Below are positions 44,188-55,344 of a stretch of 64,000 bases of DNA, in pieces; position 1 is the first letter of the stretch; each line of letters opens with the position of its first letter. A model generated the notes under the pieces. It searched no databases and was not told the DNA's origin. It saw only the letters and a list, made by a program, of their open reading frames with translations. Source of the stretch: Mobula hypostoma (Eukaryota); assembly GCF_963921235.1 (NCBI RefSeq), contig NC_086100.1, forward strand, positions 201,812,001-201,876,000. The letters are read 5' to 3'. A program made the translations under genes and the position numbers.

Positions 44188-45880
44188 AGAAAAGATGAAT
44201 TATGAAAGGAAGTTGGTAATTAACATTAAAAAGGATACTAAAAGTTTTTTAAAATTTATGAAGGGTAAAAGAGTGACATGGGTAGATATAGGACCAACTG
44301 AAAATGATGCTGGAGAAATTATAATGCATAATAAAGAGATGGCAGAGGAATTAAATGAGTATTTTGCATCAGTCTTCACAGTGGAAGACATTAGCAACAT
44401 ACCTGATAGCCAGAGGTCTCAGGGAATAGAATTAGGTACAGTCAAGATTACTGGAGAGGAAGTGCTTGGGAAGCTAAATGGACTAAGAATAGATAAGTCT
44501 CCCGGACCGGATGAGGTGCACCCATGGGTTCTGAAGGAGGTGGCTTTGGAGATTGTGGAGGCATTGGAAATTATCTTCCAGGAATCAATAGACTCTGGCA
44601 TGGTTCCAGAGGACTGGAAGGTCGCAAAAGTAGTTCCGCTGTTTAAGAAAGGAGGGAGGCAGCAAAAAGAAAATTACAGACCTATTAGTCTGACATCGGT
44701 AGTTGGAAAGTTATTGGAGTCGATCCTCAAGGACGAGGTTATGAAATACCGCGAGGTGCATGACAACATAGGCCCAAGCCAGCATGGTTCTGCCTCACCA
44801 ACCTATTGGAATTTTTTGAGTAATCTCAAATAAGATTGACAGGGGAGAGGCTATGGATGTTATGTATTTGGATTTTCAAAAGGCCTTCGATAAGGTACAG
44901 CAGAAGAGGCTGCTTAATAAGATGAGAGCCCATGGAATTACAGGAAAGGTATTGGAATGGGTGGAGCATTGGCTGATAGGCAGAAAGCAAAGGGTGGGAA
45001 TAAAGGGATCCTACTCTGATTGCTTGCCGGTTACTAGTGGTGTTCCACAGGGGTCGGTGTTGGGGCCACTTCTTTTTACAATGTATATCAATGATTTAGT
45101 TTATGGATTAAATGGTTTTGTGGCTAAGTTTGTGGATGATACCAAGATAGGTGGAGGAGCAGGAAGTGTTGAAGAAATGGAAAGGTTGCAGAGAGACTTA
45201 GTCAGTTTAGGAGAGTGGGCAAAGAAATGGTAGATGAAATACAATGTTGAAAATGTACGGTTGTACATTTTGGCAGAAGAAATAATCGGGTAGATTATTA
45301 TTTAGATGGGGAGAAAATTCAAAAATTGGAAGTGCAAAGGGACTTGGGGGTCCTCGTGCAGGACACCCTAAAGGTTAACCACCAGGTTGGATCGGCAGTA
45401 AGGAAAGCAAATGCTATGTTGGCATTCATTTCAAGAGGAATACTGTACAAGAGTAAGGAGGTGTTGATGAGGCTCTATGGGGCACTGGTGAGACCTCATT
45501 TGGAATACTGTGTGCAGTTTTGGGCCCCCTATCTTAGAAGGGTTGTACTGATGTTGGAGAGAGTTCAGAGAAGATTTACCAGGATGATTCCTGGAATACA
45601 GGGGCTAACATATGACGAGTGTTTGTCCGGTCTTGGACTGTATTCATTAGAGTGTAGAAGAATTAGAGGGGATCTCATAGAAACATTTCGAATGTTGAAA
45701 GGGTTGGACAGAGTAGATGTGGAAAGGCTGTTTCCCTTGGTGGGTGAGTCCAGGACAAGAGGCCACAGTCTTAGAATTAGAGGTTACCCATTTAAAACAG
45801 AGATGAGGAAAATTTTTTTAGCCAGAGGGTCGTGGATTTATGGAATTCATTGCCACATACAGCTGTGGAGGACCGATCAT
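44188..45880 (+). mobile_element. CR1 LINE ORF2 RT fragment
   Basis: ORFs 44195-44833, 44853-45233 and 45326-45883 with [48 protein letters not shown]. Confidence 0.92.
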
Positions 45881-47854
45881 TGAGGGCTGAAGTTGGTGGT
45901 CTGTCTGAGTGGTGCGACGTGGTTTAATGTGCTGGATCTGAGGAGTGGATGTTGACAGATCCTGATGAGTGAGGCTGACGAGGAGAAAACGGCCGTTATA
46001 GGTCCCCTCGGATTGTTCCGGTCCGAAAAGATGCCGCAGGGCATATCCGATCCCCTGCAGCCTTCTCCATGGGAAGACCATGGGGGATGTGGACTTGTGT
46101 GGAGTTTTGGTGTATTTGGATGATGTCCTAGCATTGGGATTCGCCTTGGAAGACTATGAAGCGAGACGAGTGAGGAATCCCGGGCGACTAGGGGTTAACG
46201 AAGTAAAACTTCCTTTGGACAAGTGCCAGGTCTGGAGAACGGCGCAGCTCCTGCGTGTGTGGTTGAGAGAGGAGATTTGCACCGCTGAACTGAACGCTCA
46301 GAAATGCAGGCTGGAGATGGAGTGCTGCAATTTTGGGACAACCATTGAAGAATTGGAGTCCACGCTCGTGAAAGTGGAGACGGAGAAACGGAATTCCGAG
46401 CCGAAACTGCGGTCATGTACTGATGAATTAATCCAGAGAGACGAAATAATGACCAACCTTCGAAAGGATCAGCAGAAACTCAAGACATCGATCCAGAACA
46501 GATTGGAAGAAGCTGGTGGTGTAATTGCGTCCCGGGTGGAGATGGACATGAAGCGTGGGGCAGGACTGCTGAGACTGGGGCGAGAATTGGAGGAGTCAGT
46601 GAAGAAGCTGACATCTCGACTGCAGGATGCTGAAGAGGCTGCAGAGGCAGCCCGGGCTAAGTGCTTCAGTTTGGAGAAAATCAAACAGCAGCTACTGATT
46701 GAGGGAATGAGGAAGAATACGGATTTGAAGGATGATGTGCTGGATGTGTGGTACATGCTGCCTTTCGCTAACTTCCCCTTCATTGAGGAAGAGACTTTTG
46801 GCCCTTCACCCACTGAGTCAGGGGTAGTGGAGAGGGCTATCTGTGGGCAGCCTGGGTTACAGCAGGATCAGGAAGGAAAAGAAGCGGGGCCCTGGACACG
46901 GGACAGGGGACTTCGAGTTGCAGTGGGGGCATGAGTCAGAGATTGAGAGAGGATTTGGCAAGCAGACCCGAGTTACCCCAGTAGTGTCCGAGCCTTAAGG
47001 GTTTAGGTGAGGGGGTACGGAGGTCTCGGAGGATTAGGAAACTCCCAGATAGGTTGGCCTGTGTAGCGCCTGAGGAACAGGGCGTAAGGTCTACTGTTTG
47101 GGGAGCAAAGTGACTTTCTGTACCTAGATTGGGTTTTTTGCGTCTGCAGGAAGGGTTGGCAAGTTATTTAGAAGTCATGAGGACAGGACTAAATTTGGTG
47201 GGGGGAGAGTGTAAGGGGTTTCTTCTTTTATGTTACTGCTAAGGCTAATAAAATGGCTTCTTTGTTATGTTCTAATAAAATGGCTTCTCTGTAATGTTAA
47301 CTGCTGAGTTAACGGTAACAGCTTGTTTGGGTTATAATTACTGATAACGGGAATTGTGTTCATTTGCTAACCAATTGGGATAGATGTTATTCTTTCTTGT
47401 GTGTCTGTAAGCTATTGTCTTCGCAGGCTTTGGTCAGAAGGCGTGATGGGGACAGAGGGAGGAGACGTGATGAAAGAGGTGCTGTAAACTGGGCGAGGAT
47501 CGGACCCAAGAGGGAGTCCGAGTCCCAGGGCTTTTCAGGAGAACCAAAGAGGAATGGTGGAAAGAAGACTCCGTTAATTGAACTCCAACGGTTGTGCACG
47601 AAGTGGTTGAACTCTGATAAGTTTGGCACCTTTTACTTTCCTTTTATATTGTATCTCTATTAATTACATAGTTCCAGTAAGATCTATAAAGTGTAATCTG
47701 TAAATCGTACATTGCGTGCTGTCTGTTAATTGGCGGTGTGGGGTACATCACACAGCATCCACACAAACTTGATTACCCAGTTTGGCGGGGCCGAAGGCTG
47801 CTCCCCGTAGATGAAAGCCAGCTGAGCGAGCCTGAGGCTGACCAGGGGGCTACA
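45881..47854 (+). mobile_element. 5'-truncated Gypsy LTR element: RT fragment, captured myosin-rod cDNA, PPT and 3' LTR (47210-47854)
   Basis: DLRSG, EEKTA, MPQG and [11 protein letters not shown] motifs; PPT GGTGGGGGGAGAG before TGTAAGG; LTR ends GGCTACA followed by CACT of the satellite. Confidence 0.85.
46260..46703 (+). pseudogene. Captured, internally deleted sarcomeric myosin heavy-chain rod cDNA (possibly MYH16/MYH7B-like)
   Basis: AELNAQKCRLEMEC...IEELESTLVKVETEK, RLEEAGG...LLRLGRELEE and KKLTSRLQDAEEAAEAARAKCFSLEKIKQQL each resemble separate conserved MYH rod segments. Confidence 0.8.
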
Positions 47855-49300
47855 CACTATTACTCAAAAGTGACAGAGGGCAGTGGCTACACCATTACGC
47901 AATAGCCACAGAGGACAGTGGTTACACCATTACCCATAGATGACAGAGGACAGTGGTTACACTATTACCCACGGACGACAGAGGACAGTGGTTACACTAT
48001 TACCCACGGACGACAGAGGACAGTGGTTACACTATTACCCATAGACGACAGAGGACAGTGGTTACACTATTACCCATAGACGACAGAGGACAGTGGTTAC
48101 ACTATTACCCACGGACAACAGAGGACAGTGGTTACACTATTACCCATAGACGACAGAGGACAGTGGTTACACCATTACCCATAGACGACAGAGGACAGTG
48201 GTTACACTATTACCCACGGACGACAGAGGACAGTGGTTACACTATTACCCATAGACGACAGAGGACAGTGGTTACACTATTACCCATAGACGACAGAGGA
48301 CAGTGGTTACACCATTACCCATAGATGACAGAGGACAGTGGTTACACTATTACCCACGGACGACAGAGGACAGTGGTTACACCATTACCCATAGATGACA
48401 GAGGACAGTGGTTACACTATTACCCATAGACGACAGAGGACAGTGGTTACACTATTACCCATAGACGACAGAGGACAGTGGTTACACCATTACCCACAGA
48501 CGACAGAGGACAGTGGTTACACTATTACCCACGGACGACAGAGGACAGTGGTTACACTATTACCCATAGACGACAGAGGACAGTGGTTACACTATTACCC
48601 ATAGACGACAGAGGACAGTGGTTACACCATTACCCATAGATGACAGAGGACAGTGGTTACACTATTACCCACGGACGACAGAGGACAGTGGTTACACTAT
48701 TACCCACGGACGACAGAGGACAGTGGTTACACCATTACCCATAGATGACAGAGGACAGTGGTTACACTATTACCCATAGACAACAGAGGACAGTGGTTAC
48801 ACTATTACCCATAGACGACAGAGGACAGTGGTTACACTATTACCCACGGACAACAGAGGACAGTGGTTACACCATTACCCATAGATGACAGAGGACAGTG
48901 GTTACACTATTACCCATAGACGACAGAGGACAGTGGTTACACCATTACCCATAGATGACAGAGGACAGTGGTTACACTATTACCCATAGACGACAGAGGA
49001 CAGTGGTTACACTATTACCCACGGACAACAGAGGACAGTGGTTACACCATTACCCATAGATGACAGAGGACAGTGGTTACACTATTACCCATAGACGACA
49101 GAGGACAGTGGTTACACTATTACCCATAGACGACAGAGGACAGTGGTTACACCATTACCCATAGATGACAGAGGACAGTGGTTACACTATTACCCACGGA
49201 CGACAGAGGACAGTGGTTACACTATTACCCATAGATGACAGAGGACAGTGGTTACACTATTACCCATAGACGACAGAGGACAGCGGTTACACTATTACCA
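47855..49300. repeat. 35-bp minisatellite (ACAGAGGACAGTGGTTACACTATTACCCATAGACG); stranded units also at 43100-43160 and 44161-44187
   Basis: Tandem repetition of about 41 copies. Confidence 0.95.
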
Positions 49301-50366
49301 ACAGACTACAGAAGGCAGTGTAACCTCTAGACGGCAGAGGACAGTGCTTGAAGTGTTGGAGAGCATGGGAACAAGAGGAAGGTGATGTGCAACACACAAA
49401 AGTTGCTGGAGGAACTCAGCAGACCTTTCGGAAACGTCGACTGTAGATGCTGCCTGGCCTACTGAGTTCCTCCAGCATTTTGTGTGTGCTGCTTGGATTT
49501 CCAGCATCTGCACATTTTCTCTTGTGAAGGTGATGGGCGGGTGGGGGAGGGAGGATGAAGTAAGAAGATGGGAGGTGAGAGGAGGAAGAGGTGAAAGGCT
49601 AGAGAGGCAGGGAACCAGACAGAGGAGATGGGTAGGTGAGGAAAGAAGGTGGGATATGAACAAGACTGGGGATTGGAAAAAGAGGGAGGGGGAGTAGAAA
49701 TTACTAGAAGTTGGAGAAATCGACGCTCAGACGCTCATGCCTTCAGGTTGGAGGCTACCTAGTCGGTGTTACTTCTCCATCCCAAGTTTGGCTCCATTGT
49801 GGTAGAAGAGGGGCCATGGACAGCTATGTCAGAATTGGAATGGGAAGCTGAATTGAAATGGCTGGCCGTTGGGAAATCCTGGTTGTTGCAGAAATCGAAT
49901 ACTTCCTTTTGGAGTCGTATGAAGAACACAGGCTTTTCTCAGCATGAGAGGAGTTCACGATGATCAGAGGCAAAGATTGAGGATGGGTGGAGACTGCCTC
50001 CCAGGGTGAAAATGGCTAATATGAGGAGGGCATCATTTTGAATTTGGAGGAATGTATGGGGGTGGGATGTCAGAGGTGTTTGTTTTACACCAGGAGTGGC
50101 AGATGCGTAGAGGCAGATACATTTGGGACAATTATAAGTCTCTTAGGCACATGGATGGCAGAAAAATGGAGGGCAATGTAGGAGAGGTTAGATTGATCTT
50201 AGAGTAGGTTTAAAAGTCGCCACAACATTGTGCATGCCATCAGGTTGGAGGGTACCGAGACGGAATATCAGGTGTTGCTCCTCCACCCGAGTGTGGCAGA
50301 AGAGGAGGCCATGGACTGACGTGTCGGAACAGGAATGGGGATAGGAGTAAAATGATTGGTCATTTC

Positions 50367-50840
50367 TGTCACTCGCAGGGATAAGTGCCAGGAGGGAGAT
50401 CAGCTGTTACAGTGAGTGAAGGAAGCAACCCAAGTGCAGGACACAGGCACGGAGATACAGTTTGGATGCTTACACAGGCGTAAACGCCGAACAGCAAACA
50501 GGAGGGATCTTGACACGGAGCCCTGATACAGAGCCTTGACTCAGAGAGATGGAGTCTCATAGGTAAACCTTGAAAATGGGGCTAAACTTAGAACAAACGG
50601 TTCTAAACGGTCGGGAAACGTAGCTATCTCACAGGAAAAAGACCAACGAACTGGTGACTAGTGGTTGTGACACCGGGGTTCTTATACTGCAGGTGTGCTG
50701 TCATCAAAGCGAATTAGAAGTAATTGGGAAATAAACAGTCGGAACTGTGGCACAATCAACGGAAGTTAGGAGCAAGGTAGGGAATAAACGATTGGGACCA
50801 TGACAGTAACTCCCCCTTGTGGGAGCCTCCAGGTGAACCA
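50367..50840 (-). mobile_element. Probable minus-strand Gypsy 3' LTR (50367-50805) with adjacent PPT
   Basis: TGTCA...TGACA inverted termini; minus-strand AAGGGGGAGTTAC directly before the LTR; internal part cut by a CR1. Confidence 0.55.
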
Positions 50841-50849
50841 CCAGGCTTG

Positions 50850-51580
50850 TCAATAGACAATAGGTGCAGGAGTAGGCCATTTGGCCCTTCGAGACAGCAG
50901 CTCCATTCACTGTGATCACGGCTGATCATCCACAATCAGTATCCAATTCCTGCCTTATCCCCATAACCTTTGATTCCGCCATCTTTAAGAGCTCTATCCA
51001 GCTCTTTCTTGAAAGCATCCAGAGACTTGGCCTCCACAGCCTTCTGGGACAGAGCATTCCACAGATCCACAACTCTCTGGCCGAAAAAGGTTTTCCTCAA
51101 CTCCCTTCTAAATGGCCTACCCCTTATTCTTAAACTGTGGCCTCTGGTTCTGGACTCACCCATCAGCGGGAACATGCTTCCTGCCTCTAGCGTGTCCAAT
51201 CCTTTAATAATCTTATGTTTCAATCAGATCCCCTCTCATTCTTCTAAATTCCAGTGTATACAAGCCCAGTCGCTCCAATCTTCCAACATGTGACAGTCCC
51301 ACCATCCCTGGAATTAACCTTGTGAACCTACGCTGCACTCCCTCAATAGCAAGAATGTCCTTCCTCAAATTTGGAGACCAAAACTGCACACAATACTCCA
51401 GGTATGGCCTCACCAGGGCCCTGTACAGCTGCAGAAGGACCTCTTTGCTCCTATACTCAATTCCCCTTGTTATGAAGGCCAGCATGCCATTAGCTTTCTT
51501 CACTGTCTGCTGTACTTGCATGTTTACTTTCAGTGACTGATGTACAAGATCTCATTGTACTTCCCTTTTTCCTAACTAAA
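50850..51580 (-). mobile_element. CR1 LINE 3' end
   Basis: KKANGML...RPYLEYCVQFWSP...RGDLIET; tail similar to that at 27010. Confidence 0.88.
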
Positions 51581-52159
51581 ATGACCTCATATAGCGCTCT
51601 TTAGAGCAGCACAGTTCTTAGCCTATTCAGCCAAGAGGGTGAGAAACCTTTACCAGAATTGCCAGGATTTTATGGAGGGTCCAAAGAGAGCATGCCCTGG
51701 GTGGTGCCGGTCGCTGATGATGGATGCTACTTTCCTGTGACAGTGCTTCCTCTAGATGTGCTCAATGGCAGGGAGGGCTTTATCTGAGATGGACTGGGCT
51801 CTATCCACTACTTTTGGTACAAGTTTCCATTCAAGGGCACTGGTGTTTCCATACCCGGCTCTGATGCAGCCAGTCAATATACCCTCCACTGCACATCTAT
51901 AGAAGTGTGTCAAAGTTTTAAATGTCATGCCAAATTTTCACAAACCTCTAAGGAAGTAGAGACACTGACACACTCATTGAGACAGACACTAACATGCTCA
52001 CACAGACACACACCAACACACTTGTAGTGAGACAGACTGACACACTCATGCACACAATAACACTAATAAAGACACTCACAGTGAGACAGACACTATCACG
52101 CTCATACAGACACACAGTCACAGAGGCAGACACTGACACACACATATAAACACACGCAC

Positions 52160-52264
52160 CAGTCAGCGAGGCGCGGCCACGTAGCGCCGGAAGCCGAGCG
52201 CGGAGCGACCCGGAAGTGTTCACCCGGAGCCGGGCGAAGTTCAGTCGGAGCGGCCGCAGTAGAG
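52160..52264 (+). promoter_or_regulatory. CpG-rich promoter and probable non-coding first exon of the downstream gene
   Basis: Dense CpG cluster; ETS/GABP-type sites CCGGAAG (52187) and CCGGAAGT (52210); donor GAG|GTGAGG at 52264/52265, then G-rich intron-like sequence. Confidence 0.6.
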
Positions 52265-53121
52265 GTGAGGTCCTGGAGTGAGCGGGAGGAGGTACCGGCT
52301 GACCGCAGCAGTCAGAGGCAGAAGGAGGAGGAGGGATAGGAGGGGTAGGAGGTACGCAGGGGAGGGAGGAGTTTGGGGAAGGGGAAGGATGGGCAGCGTT
52401 GCGGATTGGGGGAGGGGATGTGCTGGGGAGGGGGAGGAGGGAGGGTAGGTGAGCGAGCGGGGAGGTTGGGGTGAGGGAGGGGAGGGACTGGGGGGTATCT
52501 GGCAGCGGTAGGGTGGGGAGATTGAGGAGTGGGGCTGGGAGGGTGACTGAGGGGTGGAGGGCGGGGACAGGAAGGATTGAGAGCGGGGAGGAGAGGTGAT
52601 TGAGAGGGGCAGGAGGGGCCATTGACCGACTGATGGAGGGAGGGAGAAGAGAATAAGGGTGGCCTGGATTACGGGGAGTATAAAGCAGTGATGGAGCTGA
52701 GGGTGGAGAGGACAAGGTGACAGAGGAAACCAGGCCCATGGCAACCTCCCTGTTAATCCACGGCCCTCCCAGAGCCTCAGATTTGGCAATCGTATCAGCT
52801 CCTCATTACCCTCCGTGTAAAGAAGTTACCTGTCTGGTATATCTTATGTATTTGTTTCTTGTAGCTTTGGACTCTCCAAGACTATGGTCTCCATAGACCC
52901 ATAAGACATGAGAGCAGAATAAGGCCATTCAGCCCATTGAGTCTGCTCCACCATTCCATCATGGCTGATCCCAGATCCCACTCTAGCCCACACACCTGCC
53001 TTTTGTCATGTCCTTTGATGCCCTGACCGATCAGGAAACTATCAACTTCTACCTTGAATACACACAGACTTGGTCTCAATGCAGTCTCTGGCAGAGCGTT
53101 CCATAGACTTACCACTCTCTC

Positions 53122-55150
53122 GTACACTCCCACTGCCCAGACTGGACACACCCCACGCCCAGACCGTACACTCCCCACCGCCCAGACCAGACACCCCCAC
53201 CACCCAGACCGGACACCCCCACCGCCCGGACTGTAACCCAGACCGGACACTACCATCGCCCAGACCGGACAGGTCCCACCGCCCGGACCGGACCGGACCC
53301 TCCCCACCGCCCGGACCGGACCGGACCCTCCCCACCGCCCGGACCGGACCGGACCCTCCCCACTGCCCGGACCGGACCCTCCCCACCGCCCGCACCGGAC
53401 CGGACCCTCCCCCCCGCCCGGACCGGACCGGACCCTCCCCACCGCCCGGACCCGACCGGACACCCCCACCGCCCGGACCGGACACCCCCACCGCCCGGAC
53501 CGTATACCCAGATTGGACACCCCCACCACCCAGACCCGACACTCCCACCGCACGGACCGGACACCCCCACCGCCTGGAATGTACACCCAGACCGGACACC
53601 CCCACCGCCCAGACCGGACACCCCCACCGCCCGGACCGTACACCCAGACCAGACACTACCATCGCCCAGACCGGACACACCCCAGCACCCAGACTGGCCA
53701 CCCCCACCGCCCGGACCGGACACTCCCCACCGCCCGGACCGGACACTCCCCACCGCCCGGACCGGACACCCCCACCGCCCGGACCGTATACCCAGATTGG
53801 ACACCCCCACCACCCAGACCCGACACTCCCACCGCACGGACCGGACACCCCCACCGCCTGGACCGTACACCCAGACCGGACACCCCCACCACCCGGACCG
53901 TACACCCAGACCAGACACTACCATCGCCCAGACCGGACACACCCCAGCACCCAGACCGGCCACCCCCACCGCCCGGACCGGACACCCCCACCGCCCAGAC
54001 CGTACACCCAGACTGGACACTCCCACCGCCCGGTCCGGACACTCCCACTGCCCGGACCGGACACCCCCACAGTCCGGACCGTATACCCAGATTGGACACC
54101 CCCACCACCCAGACCCGACACTCCCACCGCCCGGACCAGACACCTCCACCGCCTGGACCGTACACCCAGAGCGGACACTACCGTCGCCCAGACCGGACAC
54201 ACTCCAGCACCCAGACCGGACACCCCCACCGCCCGGACCGGACACCACCACTGCCCGGACCGCACACCCAGACCAGACGCTCCCACCGCACGGACCGGAC
54301 ACTCCCACCACCAGGACCGTACACCCAGACCGGACGCCCCCACCACCCAGACCGGACTCCCCCACCGCCCGGACCGGACACCCAGACCGGACACCCCCAC
54401 TGCCCAGACCGGACACCCCCACCGCCCGGACCGTACACCCAGACCGGACGCTCCCACCGCCCAGACCGGACACCCCCACCATCCAGACTGGACACCCCCA
54501 CCACCCAGACCGGACTCCCCCACCGCCCGGACCGGACACCCAGACCGGACACCCCCACTACCCGGACCGGACACCCCCACCGCCCGGACTGTACACCCAG
54601 ACCGGACACACCAGCACCCAGACCGGGCACCCCCACCGCCCGGACCGTACACCTAGACCGGACACTCCCACCACCCAGATGGACGTCCCCACCGCCCAGA
54701 TCGCACGATCACACCGCCCAGACCATGCACCCAGAACGGACCCTCCCAGGGCCCGGACCGGACGCTCCCACCGCCCAGACCGGACACCCACCACCCAGAC
54801 CGGACACTCCCACCATCCAGACTGGACACCCCCACCACCCAGACCGGACTCCCCCACCGCCCGGACCGGACACCCAGACCGGACACCCCCACTACCCGGA
54901 CCGGACACCCCCACCGCCCGGACTGTACACCCAGACCGGACACACCAGCACCCAGACCGGGCACCCCCACCGCCCGGACCGTACACCTAGACCGGACACT
55001 CCCACCACCCAGATGGACGTCCCCACCGCCCAGATCGCACGATCACACCGCCCAGACCATGCACCCAGAACGGACCCTCCCAGGGCCCGGACCGGACGCT
55101 CCCACCGCCCAGACCGGACACCCACCACCCAGACCGGACACTCCCACCAC
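53122..55150. repeat. Complex C-rich, CpG-rich satellite built from CCCACCGCCCGGACCGGACA subunits
   Basis: Directly visible; includes a tandem duplication of about 334 bp near 54480-55140. Confidence 0.9.
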
Positions 55151-55344
55151 CTGGAACTCCCACTCAGACAGCATTCTCACACCACTCAGATGTCCGCACA
55201 CTTGCAACAGCCAGACACACGATCTCAGTGAACATGACACTCATTTTGAATGGACTCCACCCCAATCAGCTGAGTTACAACTTCTCCTACCGACCATCGC
55301 TTACGCTCCTCCCCGTAACCATCTCTGTCTCTCCCACTGCCATA

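Noticed and set aside
46080..46934. A real myosin gene exon
   Set aside because: Non-adjacent rod segments are fused to RT inside an LTR element, with no motor-domain exons in the window
43161..47854. One single LTR element spanning 43161-47854 with a CACT TSD
   Set aside because: The two LTRs show no visible similarity, and the first already has its own TSD with satellite sequence resuming at 44161
47855..49300. 35-bp repeat array resembling CRISPR in unit size
   Set aside because: Units are head to tail with no unique spacers, there are no cas genes, and the context is vertebrate
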